Assembly (NCBI GenBank): GCA_043822165.1 | Contig: JBDRCA010000163.1 | Location: 1 to 33,322, forward strand | Origin: Candidatus Altiarchaeota archaeon | Lineage (GTDB): Archaea > Altiarchaeota > Altiarchaeia > IMC4 > SCGC-AAA252-I15 | Length of the DNA stretch: 33,322 nt | Reading direction: 5' to 3' | Shown: one piece after another, positions 6,149-15,345 of the stretch | Layout: every line of letters begins with the position of its first letter | How positions within the stretch are numbered: the stretch's first letter is position 1 | Position numbers and translations under genes: made by a program | The notes under the pieces: model-generated | What the model was told of the DNA's origin: nothing | Database searches by the model: none | Seen by the model: only the letters and a program-made list of their open reading frames with translations

Positions 6149-6873
6149 TAACCGTAATCGCCATAGACGCGCTCGAATACTTGCTCGTCGAAGAATACGG
6201 CAACAAAAACCTCAAACAAGCATCATACGGCAAAACAGACATAACAGAGTTCAGGGAGCCACGAACAATGGTCCTGTGGAGCTCGTTTATGACAGGCGCA
6301 AACAAGGAAAAAGAAGTGCTAGCTAAAGGCGACAAGGAAATGTGGAACATTCGTTGGCCAATAGAAGATACTTTTTTCTCTGGATTCGAGAACCCGAAGA
6401 TAATAGATTTGCCGGGATTAAACTACGACACTAAAGTACACGACAAATCAAGAAGGCTTCTAAAGGAATTCTTCGACGCAGAAGAAGCCGGAGAAAAAGA
6501 GAAAAAAAGAAAAGAATATAATGAAGACGCATTCAGGCACCACCGAAACGTCAAGAAAGAATTCCTCGCCTCTTTAACCGGAGACTACGACTTCCTGCTG
6601 GGCTACTTCTGCCTAACAGACGTAGTCGGCCACCTAAACTTCGGAAACAAGACCATGATGAAACTCATACACCAAGACCTTGACGAAACAGCCGGAAAAA
6701 CAACGGAAAAATCAGACAAAACCATAATACTCTCAGACCACGGCATGAAAGCAATCGGAGCATTCGGAGACCACAGCAAATACGGATACTGGAGTACAAG
6801 CTGGAAACAAAACCTGAAAAAACCGAAGATAACAGACTTCAAGGAAATAATACTCAAACTAAAGAACCAATAA
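6145..6873 (+). CDS. Minimal alkaline-phosphatase-superfamily protein (type I phosphodiesterase / nucleotide pyrophosphatase-like), ~242 aa
   Basis: All core metal/nucleophile motifs are recognisable: VIAIDALEY, PRTMVLWSSFMTG (Thr nucleophile position), TDVVGH, LSDHGM, FGDHS. The GTG start overlaps the cysN stop (GTGA), with GGAGG 7 nt upstream. Confidence 0.7.
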   Translation: MITVIAIDALEYLLVEEYGNKNLKQASYGKTDITEFREPRTMVLWSSFMTGANKEKEVLAKGDKEMWNIRWPIEDTFFSGFENPKIIDLPGLNYDTKVHDKSRRLLKEFFDAEEAGEKEKKRKEYNEDAFRHHRNVKKEFLASLTGDYDFLLGYFCLTDVVGHLNFGNKTMMKLIHQDLDETAGKTTEKSDKTIILSDHGMKAIGAFGDHSKYGYWSTSWKQNLKKPKITDFKEIILKLKNQ

Positions 6874-7969
6874 CCTCCTCAACAGACTCGCAAACCGTAT
6901 TGACCTGTTTATCAGTCAAGGCAAGCCCGCTAGGAAGATAAAAACCATACCTGGAGATGTGCTCCGTAACAGGATAGGATTCACCGTCAAACAAACCCAA
7001 ATCTCGAAGGCACGGTTGCTGGTGGAGGCCTATGAAGAAGGAGCGCGTTCCAACTCCTTTCTCTTTGAGGAGGTTCATCATCTCTTCTGCGGTGACGCCG
7101 AGTTTCTCGTCCAGTTCCACGGTATACATCCAGTAGACGTTTTTAGCCCATTTTTTCTCTACCGGCAGTTTTAATCCGTCAATCCTTGAAAGACGCTTAG
7201 TGTACTCTGCAGCGTTTTTTCTTTTCATCTCTATGAACTTGTCAATGCATTCAAGCTGCGCCAACCCGACCGCAGCCTGCAGGTTAGTCATCCTGAAGTT
7301 GTAGCCCAATTCTTTATGTAAGAATCTTTTCTCCGGGTTGTGGGCGAGATTCCTGTAAGAGCGCGCACGTTCGGCGGCTTCACAGTCGTTTGTCACTACC
7401 ATCCCTCCTTCCCCTGTCGTTACTATCTTATTCGCGTAAAAGCTGAATGAGCCAACATCCCCGATTCCTCCACAGCGTTTGCCCTTGTACTCTGCCCCGT
7501 GCACTTCTGCGGCATCCTCAACGACCTTCAAGCCATGATTTCGCGCAACCTTAAGTAGTGGGTCCATGTTTACAGGGTGTCCGTACATGTGAACAGGCAT
7601 GACAGCCTTCGTCTTCTCGGTTATTTTACCTTCGACTTGGGAGACGTCCATGTTGTATGTTTCAGATTCTACGTCAACGAGCACGGGCGTTGCGCCAACA
7701 CGCAGTGCCGCCAGCGCACAAGAGATTATCGTAAAAGACGGCATAATGACTTCATCATCTCTTGTGACTCCAGCAGCCGCCAGAGAAACCTCGAGTGCCG
7801 CCGTTCCGTTGCAGACTGCTACACCATGTTCGCACCCTACGTAGTGTGCGAATTCATCCTCGAATTTTTTTACGAACGGACCCTCAGAGGAAATCCAACC
7901 AGTATCTATGCACTCGATTAAATACTTTTTCTCGTTCCCGCAAAACAAAGGCTCATTTACCGGAATCAT
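6854..7969 (-). CDS. DegT/DnrJ/EryC1/StrS-family PLP-dependent sugar aminotransferase (perosamine-synthase-like)
   Basis: WISSEGPFVKKFE...AVCNGTAALE N-terminal pattern, FSFYANKIVTTGEGGM (PLP-Lys region), NFRMTNLQAA. ATG at 7969 was preferred to the GTG at 7981. Confidence 0.85.
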   Translation of the reverse strand: MIPVNEPLFCGNEKKYLIECIDTGWISSEGPFVKKFEDEFAHYVGCEHGVAVCNGTAALEVSLAAAGVTRDDEVIMPSFTIISCALAALRVGATPVLVDVESETYNMDVSQVEGKITEKTKAVMPVHMYGHPVNMDPLLKVARNHGLKVVEDAAEVHGAEYKGKRCGGIGDVGSFSFYANKIVTTGEGGMVVTNDCEAAERARSYRNLAHNPEKRFLHKELGYNFRMTNLQAAVGLAQLECIDKFIEMKRKNAAEYTKRLSRIDGLKLPVEKKWAKNVYWMYTVELDEKLGVTAEEMMNLLKEKGVGTRSFFIGLHQQPCLRDLGLFDGESYPVTEHISRYGFYLPSGLALTDKQVNTVCESVEEVIGSLV

Positions 7970-7971
7970 AG

Positions 7972-8373
7972 TCAAAACCACTCCTTGTCGTCTACTCCGG
8001 CGTACGGTCCCTGCTTGACCTCAATGATTTCTGTTTCATCGAGGAATTCAAACCCGTGGCCGCCTGAAACCAAGATGATGACATCCCCCCTTCTTAAGAC
8101 TCTGTCGCAGACGAAAGTTTTGTCGTCATCATACAATCTAACTTTAACCTTGCCCTTCCTGACAAAAAGAACCTCCTGAGTCAACGTAATAGTCCTCTCA
8201 TTTGGTTTATGACAGTGAGCTTTGATGACATCCCCTTTATCCTGACGTATGAATCCAAGCTGTTGAGAGTAATCGTCTGGCGTGAAAAAACGCGTACCAT
8301 GGCAAGAAAAATCAGACGATATTATGATTGCGAAAGTCTTCTCCCCCTTCTTTATCTCTTCAAAGTCAGCCAT
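7972..8373 (-). CDS. Cupin-fold protein of polysaccharide loci (WbuC/WxcM/FdtA-like)
   Basis: About 133 aa with a beta-barrel-type pattern: AHCHKP...EVLFVRKGKVKV...GGHGFEF...IEVKQGPY. GAGGT SD-like sequence 4 nt before the ATG at 8373. Co-oriented and contiguous with the aminotransferase. Confidence 0.6.
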   Translation of the reverse strand: MADFEEIKKGEKTFAIIISSDFSCHGTRFFTPDDYSQQLGFIRQDKGDVIKAHCHKPNERTITLTQEVLFVRKGKVKVRLYDDDKTFVCDRVLRRGDVIILVSGGHGFEFLDETEIIEVKQGPYAGVDDKEWF

Positions 8374-8445
8374 CACAACCTCAAATAATTACTACTAATT
8401 CAACTTAAATAGCACTATACTTTAAGTATAAACTCAACCGTTGAA

Positions 8446-9078
8446 ATGGATCAAAAGGTTTACGCGGACGTGAGGTTGGGTGTTAATCCGTGGATTGGGG
8501 AATACGTGGTTTTGGGCGTTATTCCCTCAAAGATGGAGAAACCCTCCGAGACAGTAATCGGGGATAACGCGGTCATCCGCTCCCACACCGTTATTTACGC
8601 AGGCAACAAAATCGGCGACAATTTCCAGACCGGCCACCACACTCTCATCCGGGAGAACAACGTAATCGGCGATGACGTGAGCATTGGTTCCAGCTCTGAT
8701 GTTGCATTTAACGTGAAAATCGGCGACAAAGTGCGCATCCACTCCAACGTCTTCATACCAGAATACTCTGTTCTCGAGGATGCGTGCTGGATCGGGCCGA
8801 ACACGGTTCTCACTAACGCGCTTCATCCGCAGTGTCCTGACGTGAAAGATTGTCTTAAGGGGCCGACCATTAAATCGGGCGCGAAGATTGGCGCGAACTC
8901 GACGATTCTGCCGTGCGTCGTCGTCGGCAGAAACTGTCTCGTCGGAGCCGGCTCAGTGGTCACGAAGGATGTGCCGGATGGGGCGGTCGTAGTCGGGAAT
9001 CCTGCGAAAATCGTCAAGAAAACGGCTGAAATATCCTGCCGATTCGGCAGGCGCAAAGGCCCATACTCCATAAAATGA
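8446..9078 (+). CDS. Left-handed beta-helix (hexapeptide-repeat) sugar N-acetyltransferase
   Basis: Repeated [LIV]-G-x4 hexapeptides (IGDNAVI, IGDNFQT, IGDDVSI, IGDKVRI, IGANSTI, VGAGSVV), C-terminal GNPAKIV. ATGA overlap with the next gene. Confidence 0.8.
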   Translation: MDQKVYADVRLGVNPWIGEYVVLGVIPSKMEKPSETVIGDNAVIRSHTVIYAGNKIGDNFQTGHHTLIRENNVIGDDVSIGSSSDVAFNVKIGDKVRIHSNVFIPEYSVLEDACWIGPNTVLTNALHPQCPDVKDCLKGPTIKSGAKIGANSTILPCVVVGRNCLVGAGSVVTKDVPDGAVVVGNPAKIVKKTAEISCRFGRRKGPYSIK

Positions 9079-10166
9079 ATGTGCCATTCGTTGACTTGAA
9101 GCGCCAGTACGAGTCGATAAGAGACGAAGTAGACACTGCGATACAAAGGATACTTGACACCACGTCATTTATCGGCGGAAAAGAGTTATCCTCCTTCGAG
9201 GAAGAATTCGCATCCTTCTGCAAGGCCCACCACACCGTTGGAGTATCATCTGGAACATCGGCGCTCCAGCTTGCGCTAATAGCCCACGGAGTAGGCGGGG
9301 GAGACGAGGTCGTGACGGTATCGCATACCTTCACAGCGACCGCAGAGGCAATAGTCAATGTTGGGGCCAGACCCGTTTTCACGGATGTCGACGAAAAGAC
9401 GGGGAACATGGACGCAGGGAAACTGGAAGATGCGATTACTGCTAAAACAAAGGTTGTTCTCCCAGTCCACCTTTACGGCCAGCCTGCGGACCTGGACCAG
9501 ATAACCGAGGTTGCCGAGGAAAAGGGTTTGGTCGTAATCGAGGACGCGGCCCAGGCGCACGCAGCGGAATACAAGGGACGAAGAATCGGTTCCGTCTCAA
9601 CCACGTGCTTTAGCTTTTACCCCGGGAAAAACCTGGGCGCATACGGGGACGCGGGAGCAGTCACCACAAACGACGAAGAAATCGCAGACAAAATTAGGAT
9701 GCTTCGCGACCACGGCAGAACCGAAAAATACGTACACGAAAAAGTCGGATTCAATGAGCGAATGGACGCGCTCCAGGCTGCGGTACTAAAAGTAAAGCTC
9801 ACTCACCTCGAAGAGTGGACTGAGGCGAGGAGAAAGAACGCGGGACTTTACGGCAGGCTTCTGCGCGATACTTGCGTTGAGGCGCCGTTTGAGGCGGATT
9901 ACGCGCGACACGTATATCATCTCTACGTCGTACAGGCTGATGACCGGGACGGACTGCGCGAGCACCTTGAGAAAGCCGGTGTTGCAACTGGGATTCATTA
10001 TCCTCTCCCTCTTCACCTACAGCCCGCTTACTCGAGTCTCGGATACGCTAAAGGAGATTTCCCGGTAACTGAGCGGCTAACGGAAAGGATTCTTTCTCTC
10101 CCAATGTTTCCCGAGCTTAAGAAAGAGGAATTAGAGTACGTGTGCGAGAAGATTGGGGAGTTCTAG
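9075..10166 (+). CDS. DegT/DnrJ/EryC1/StrS-family sugar aminotransferase (WbpE/FdtB-like)
   Basis: [10 protein letters not shown]...FIGGKE...[44 protein letters not shown]. Confidence 0.85.
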   Translation: MNVPFVDLKRQYESIRDEVDTAIQRILDTTSFIGGKELSSFEEEFASFCKAHHTVGVSSGTSALQLALIAHGVGGGDEVVTVSHTFTATAEAIVNVGARPVFTDVDEKTGNMDAGKLEDAITAKTKVVLPVHLYGQPADLDQITEVAEEKGLVVIEDAAQAHAAEYKGRRIGSVSTTCFSFYPGKNLGAYGDAGAVTTNDEEIADKIRMLRDHGRTEKYVHEKVGFNERMDALQAAVLKVKLTHLEEWTEARRKNAGLYGRLLRDTCVEAPFEADYARHVYHLYVVQADDRDGLREHLEKAGVATGIHYPLPLHLQPAYSSLGYAKGDFPVTERLTERILSLPMFPELKKEELEYVCEKIGEF

Positions 10167-11450
10167 TTTCTCCCTATTCCGCGATAAATTATTCCAGCCG
10201 ACTTGAATTTGTCGGCGTCCAAAAAATTCCTCCCGTCAACAAAAGCCTTTACGCCGCGCTCCTTGAGCTTTACTGCGTCAAGGTTTGCGTATTCCTTGTG
10301 GGCTGTCACAAGTATTGCGCCGTCAAGGGGGCCAAGAGCGTCTAGTTGTGCTGGGTGTCCTATACCTTCAAGCTCTTTTTCAGTGTAGAGGGGGTCGTTT
10401 ATGAATACTTTTGCGCCATCTTTCTTGAGCTTTCCTGCGACCTTGAGCGCGGGGGAAAACATCTTTTCTTTAACGTTCGGCCTGAAGGCCAGTCCCAGCA
10501 CTAGAATGTTTTTGCCTGAAAGACTCCCTCCGAGAGCATCCTTTAGAAGGCTTACAGTGTACTCTGGCATTTCATCGTTTATGGCGCGGGCATCTTGCGC
10601 AAGCCTTAATTTCACTGCTTTTTTCGATGCGTCTTTCATGAGAAAGTGCGGATACACGGGGGCGCAGTGGCCTCCCACTCCCGCTCCGGGCGAGAGTATG
10701 TGGGAGTGAGGGTTCGTGTTGGAGGCATAAATCACATCGGAAACATCTATGCCTCTAGTTTGAGCGTATCTCGCGAACTCGTTTGCGAGCGCGATGTTAA
10801 CGTCCCTGTAGGTCATCCCGAAAAGTTTTACTGCTTCGGCGGTCTCACAGTCCCTGACGGCGATTACTTTCACACCCAATACTTTCTCATAGAACTTGAC
10901 GCACCTTTTCGTGGACTCCTCGTTTATTCCGCCGACAATCTTCGGTATCCCCTCAAGGTCTTTGAATATCCTCCCTGATGAAACCCGCTCCGGGCTAAAA
11001 GCAAGGTAAAAATCAATCCCTGCTTTAAGCCCCCCCCGACTCAAGCAATGGGGCGATCCGCTCTCTTGTGCCGCCGACCGGGAGAGTCGTCTCATAGATT
11101 ACGAGGGTATTTTTCTTCAATCCTGCCGCGACATCCCTTGTGGCCGCATCAACTACTCTGTAATCAATGTTTTTCGCGTCGTCGACTAACAGGGGCACGA
11201 CGACTAAGACGACGTTAGCTTCAGACACTGCCTTTGACGTTTCAGTCGTTGCAGAAAGAAGTTTCTTTTCGACCAAGTCTCTGACTTTTCCTTTGAGTTC
11301 CGGCTCCTGCATGATGTGTGCAACTCCCGTATTCACGGACTCAACGACACTCGGATTAGAATCGCACCCGACAACGGGCAAACCCTTTCCCGCGACCTGG
11401 CAGGCCAAAGGCAAACCGATTTTCCCCAAACCCACAACGCATACTTTCAA
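10163..11450 (-). pseudogene. UDP-N-acetyl-hexosamine 6-dehydrogenase (WbpA/WecC family) split by a +1 frameshift inside a G8 run
   Basis: N-terminal ORF (11025-11450: KVCVVGLGKIGLP Rossmann motif) and C-terminal ORF (10163-11095: DFYLAFSPERV..., GVGGHCAP catalytic Cys) are contiguous parts of one family member. Removing one G gives ...LLESGGLKAGIDFYLAFSPERV. TTG start overlaps the upstream stop (TTGA), with AAGGTGAT SD upstream. Confidence 0.8.
11030..11037 (-). repeat. Homopolymer: G8 on the coding strand (C8 on +) at the frameshift site
   Basis: Counted directly: ...gcttaag CCCCCCCC gactc... on the + strand. Confidence 0.95.
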
Positions 11451-12448
11451 AGAGAAATCACCTTGTTTCTCTTGGAAGAATCAATCAGGGCATAGGCAAC
11501 TTTCAGGGCTTCCAAACCATCTTCACCAGAAACCCGGGGGCGTTCATCATCTCTCACACAGTCTATGAACGATGAGAGCTCAGACTTCAAAGGCTCAGTC
11601 TTTGAAATCCGCAAGTCAACCACGTTTCCGCCTGCAACGCCCATGAGTATGTCAGAGTAATCGTACCCTTCTAATCTACCCTCAACTTTCTCGTAAAAGA
11701 AGAGATCCTGCGTCAGATACTTCAAAACAAACATGCCCTCCTCTCCGACCACTGAAAGCTCCCTTATCTTCTCGGGAGTAAGCCAGTTAACATCCAAGGT
11801 GCCGACGACGTCGTTTTCGAACTTCAAGACAGCGTTCAACAAGTCCTCGTGCGTCGTATGTATCCTGCGCTCGCTTTCCGCGTAAACCCTCTTAAACTCC
11901 GCACCCACCAGGTAACGCATGATGTCGAGCTCGTGCGTCGCAAGATCAACGACCACGCCGACGTCGCGAATCCGTTCAGGGAAAGGCCCCACTCTCACGC
12001 AAGCCACCTTGAATATGCGCCCAAGCTCTCCTGCATCAAGACGCCTCTTTAACTCGACTACCGCGGGATTGAATCGTTCAACGTGTCCCACGCTGAGCTT
12101 CACTTTATTCTTTCTTGCCGCTGAAATCATCTTCTCGGCGTTTTCAACGGTGTCTGCAATAGGTTTCTCAACGAGGACGTTTACGCCACGGCCTATGCAC
12201 TCCAATGCTATCCTTGTGTGAGAGTTAGTGGGCACCACAACCGAGACGACGTCAAGGTCCTCTCCTGAGAGCATCTTCCTGTAATCGGCGTAGTGTCTGC
12301 ACCGGTATTTGTCGGAAATCCTCTTAGCCCTTTCCTCGTCTATGTCCGCGACCGCTGCAAGCTCTACCCCCTCCAGTTCAGCGTACACTCTCGCGTGGTT
12401 TTTCCCCATCGCGCCGACGCCGACGACGGCCGCCCGTATAGTCTTCAT
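11447..12448 (-). CDS. Gfo/Idh/MocA oxidoreductase, WbpB-like (UDP-GlcNAcA 3-dehydrogenase-like)
   Basis: AAVVGVGAMGKNHARVY Rossmann motif, LVEKPIA motif. It sits between the WbpE-like and WbpA-like genes with 4-nt overlaps. Confidence 0.8.
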   Translation of the reverse strand: MKTIRAAVVGVGAMGKNHARVYAELEGVELAAVADIDEERAKRISDKYRCRHYADYRKMLSGEDLDVVSVVVPTNSHTRIALECIGRGVNVLVEKPIADTVENAEKMISAARKNKVKLSVGHVERFNPAVVELKRRLDAGELGRIFKVACVRVGPFPERIRDVGVVVDLATHELDIMRYLVGAEFKRVYAESERRIHTTHEDLLNAVLKFENDVVGTLDVNWLTPEKIRELSVVGEEGMFVLKYLTQDLFFYEKVEGRLEGYDYSDILMGVAGGNVVDLRISKTEPLKSELSSFIDCVRDDERPRVSGEDGLEALKVAYALIDSSKRNKVISL

Positions 12449-13518
12449 CGTATACTCTTTAGTGTTCCAGCGATAAAATCAAGTTCGGTCTCAGACACCT
12501 GCGGGTGTATTGGAAGAGACAATACACTCTTTGCGCAATCCTCTGTTACGGGAAGGCTTACTTTGTCAGAGTAGAGTTCCTGTTTGTGTATTGGAGTCCT
12601 GTAGTAGACTGCCGCGCCAACACTCTTTTCTTGCAGTATCTCCAATACGCGGTCTCTTCCTCTTCTGTCGACTTTTATGGTGTATTGGTGGAATACGTGC
12701 CTGCAATCCTTCTTCACGGCAGGCGTCTTAATCCAGTCTATGCCTTCAAGTTTTCCAGTAAGGTATTCTGCGTTTCTGATTCTTTTCTCGTTGAATCCTT
12801 CAAGCCTTCTGAGCTGGATAAGGCCTATGGCGGCCGCCAAATCCGTCATGCGGTAGTTGAAGCCTAAGACGTCGTGTGAGCCATCCACGCTTCTCCCATG
12901 GTTTCTAAGAGTTCTGGTATATTCTGCGATTTCCTCGTTGTCGGTCGTAATCATCCCTCCCTCACCAGTCGTCATGTTCTTGCTAGGGTAAAAGCTGAAG
13001 CAGCCGGCATCCCCCAGGGAGCCTGCCTTTTTGCCGCGGTATCCTGCTCCGTGCGCCTGGCAGGCATCCTCTATGACAGCGAGGCCGCGCTCGTCTGCAA
13101 GCTCTCTTATCTCGTCCATTTGTGCTGGGTGCCCGTACAGGTGAACCGGGATTATCGCCTTTGTTTTTCCTGTTATCTTTTCTTTGGCCTCTTTTACGTC
13201 TAGGGTGTATGTTTCTTCTTCAATGTCTGCGAAAACCGGTTTTGCCTGGCAGAATACTACGGTGTTGGCCGAGGCTACGAAGGAGAAGGAGGGGAGCACT
13301 ACTTCGTCTTTCTCCTTTACTCCTGCTGCGAGAAGCGCCAGGTGGAGAGCTGATGTTCCGGTTGATGTTGCGACAGCGTATTTTGTGCCGACGTATTTTG
13401 CGAATGCTTTCTCGAATTCAGCGACCTTTGGGCCCTCTGCTATCACTCCAGACTCGATGACTTGCGCAACGGCTTTTTTCTCTTCCTCACCCAAAAACGG
13501 TTTCGCAATCGGTATCAT
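12445..13518 (-). CDS. DegT-family aminotransferase, WbpE-like
   Basis: IPIAKPFLGEEE...SGVIAEGPKV.EFE, TSTGTSALHLAL, FSFYPSKNMTTGEGGM, NYRMTDLAAAIG. Confidence 0.85.
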   Translation of the reverse strand: MIPIAKPFLGEEEKKAVAQVIESGVIAEGPKVAEFEKAFAKYVGTKYAVATSTGTSALHLALLAAGVKEKDEVVLPSFSFVASANTVVFCQAKPVFADIEEETYTLDVKEAKEKITGKTKAIIPVHLYGHPAQMDEIRELADERGLAVIEDACQAHGAGYRGKKAGSLGDAGCFSFYPSKNMTTGEGGMITTDNEEIAEYTRTLRNHGRSVDGSHDVLGFNYRMTDLAAAIGLIQLRRLEGFNEKRIRNAEYLTGKLEGIDWIKTPAVKKDCRHVFHQYTIKVDRRGRDRVLEILQEKSVGAAVYYRTPIHKQELYSDKVSLPVTEDCAKSVLSLPIHPQVSETELDFIAGTLKSIR

Positions 13519-13525
13519 CTAACTC

Positions 13526-14059
13526 CTATTTGCATGAAGAACAAGATTTTTCTTTCCCGTCGATTCTTTTGCCGCACGCGCACACGCAACCCTTGATTTC
13601 GGCGGGGTTGCCGTAGACCAGCGCGTTTGCCGGCACGTCTCTCGTGACCACCGAGCCCGCCCCTATCATCGAGTTCTCGCCGACGGTTATGCCGCATAAA
13701 ATGGTGCTGTTAACGCCGATGGAAGCTCCCTTCTCCACGACTGTTTTTTCAGCCTTCTCAGGGTCCCAACTATTGGCCCTCGGATACTTGTCGTTCGTAA
13801 AGCACGTGCCTGCTCCTATGAAGACACCGTCCCCGATGGTGACTCCCCTGTACACTGACACGTAATTCTGGATCTTCACGTTGTCTCCGATAACTACTCC
13901 GTAGTCTATGTAGACGCCCTTGCCGAGTATGCAGTTTCTCCCAACACGTGCCTTCTCCCTAACCTGGGCCTGATGCCAGATCTTGGTACCCTCCCCAACG
14001 ACGGCATCGCCTGAAACATCAGCCGTCGGGTGCGCGAAAAAATTCTTTTTCATTGCCAT
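13526..14059 (-). CDS. Hexapeptide-repeat N-acetyltransferase, WbpD/WlbB-like
   Basis: FAHPTADVS..AVVGEGTKIWHQAQV....VG.NC.LGKGVYID pattern, GNPAEIKG, Cys-rich C-terminal tail CVCACG...CSSCK. First gene of the minus-strand wbp-like operon. Confidence 0.8.
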   Translation of the reverse strand: MAMKKNFFAHPTADVSGDAVVGEGTKIWHQAQVREKARVGRNCILGKGVYIDYGVVIGDNVKIQNYVSVYRGVTIGDGVFIGAGTCFTNDKYPRANSWDPEKAEKTVVEKGASIGVNSTILCGITVGENSMIGAGSVVTRDVPANALVYGNPAEIKGCVCACGKRIDGKEKSCSSCK

Positions 14060-14105
14060 AATTTATGCGAATTAATATAAGAAACCAGACAGTATATAGC
14101 TTACC

Positions 14106-15335
14106 ATGCTCCGCCAGGGCCTTATCGGATTCAGCGCAATCCTCGGCGCATCCGTCCTATCCTACGTCTACCACTTCATACTCGTGCGCCTGCTCGACAC
14201 CGGCACCTACGGAAGCCTATCAATCATAATCGGCCTGTTCACGATATTCATAATACCTACTCAGAGCATCCAGCGGATTCTGGCAAGGGATGTCGCTAAG
14301 CTCTACCACGGCGGCGGGGAGGATGAGGCCCGCCATCTTCTGCGAAGCAGCGCAAAGACGGTTTCAGTAATAGGCGTGGTCGTCGGAGTCATCTTTCTTG
14401 CGTCGGCTTACGCGGTCTCAGCGATATATGATGAGCCCAGGTTAATCGCCCCGCTTATCGCCCTGGCGTTTCTCGCGCCCTTCTGGTATGTTCTCCACGT
14501 CTTCAAGGGATACATACAAGGGAGGGAGAAGATGATGGTCTTGGGCACTACGATAGTCATCGAGCAGGCAGTCAAAGTCGTCGTTGGGACTGCCCTCGTG
14601 TTGCTTGGGTTTTCCTTGTTCGGAGCGGGTGCGGCCATAGGCTCAGGCGTCCTAGTGGCGCTGCCTTTCATGCTCATCTTTTGCTTGAAAGACTTCACAG
14701 GCAGTGTGAAGAAATACAAGACCTCGTTCACGGCATCTTTCACGAAAATATTCATGGCAGACGTCTTGCTCATGGTATTCATATTCCTCGACTTATTCTT
14801 CGTGAAATACTATCTGGGCTCAACGCAGGCAGGCTACTACAACGTAGCGGCATTAACGTCCAAGGTCCTCATGTACTCCATGTTCGGCATAATGCTCGCA
14901 TTCCTCCCGAGAGCAAGCAAGCTTTCTATCCGGGATGATTGGGGGAAAATCAGGGTTCTCATGGTGAAGTCTGCGGCCATACTTTTGCCCCTGTTTCTCT
15001 TTCTCATAGTGTTCACAGAACCAATTGTCACGATATCATACACCAGGGATTATCTGCCCGCGGTTCCGGCGCTTCGAATCCTTCTCGCAGGCATGTTCAT
15101 CTACGCGCTCTTCAACATCCCCCTTAATCTTTTGTGGAGCCAGAAAGAGGAGGACTACCCGCTCGCATTGGCGGCGGCGATAATAGTCGTGGACGCAATA
15201 CTCCTGTACTTCCTAATCCCAAGATACGGGCTAACTGGAGCGGCACTGTCAACGACGCTAGCAGCTACCCTGCTTCTTGCTGCATCATACGCCAAAGTAG
15301 CTGGCATGCGCAAATTTAATGCCCCCGTCAAATAA
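14106..15335 (+). CDS. MOP-superfamily polysaccharide/oligosaccharide flippase (Wzx-like)
   Basis: 409 aa, about 11-12 hydrophobic segments throughout, polysaccharide-locus context, TATA-like ttaatataag about 25-34 nt upstream of the ATG. Confidence 0.75.
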   Translation: MLRQGLIGFSAILGASVLSYVYHFILVRLLDTGTYGSLSIIIGLFTIFIIPTQSIQRILARDVAKLYHGGGEDEARHLLRSSAKTVSVIGVVVGVIFLASAYAVSAIYDEPRLIAPLIALAFLAPFWYVLHVFKGYIQGREKMMVLGTTIVIEQAVKVVVGTALVLLGFSLFGAGAAIGSGVLVALPFMLIFCLKDFTGSVKKYKTSFTASFTKIFMADVLLMVFIFLDLFFVKYYLGSTQAGYYNVAALTSKVLMYSMFGIMLAFLPRASKLSIRDDWGKIRVLMVKSAAILLPLFLFLIVFTEPIVTISYTRDYLPAVPALRILLAGMFIYALFNIPLNLLWSQKEEDYPLALAAAIIVVDAILLYFLIPRYGLTGAALSTTLAATLLLAASYAKVAGMRKFNAPVK

Positions 15336-15345
15336 TATCCTTTAA

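Noticed and set aside
13526-13591. Cys-rich tail (GCVCACGKRIDGKEKSCSSCK) on the WbpD-like acetyltransferase as a novel zinc-ribbon fusion
   Set aside because: I recall similar C-x-C...C-x-x-C tails on many WlbB/WbpD-type acetyltransferases, so it is probably a family feature and not novel. I could not verify this without a search.
15073-15081. tRNA T-loop-like ttcgaatcc
   Set aside because: It lies inside the flippase CDS, and the flanking bases do not form a T-stem or any cloverleaf. No tRNA was found anywhere in the window.
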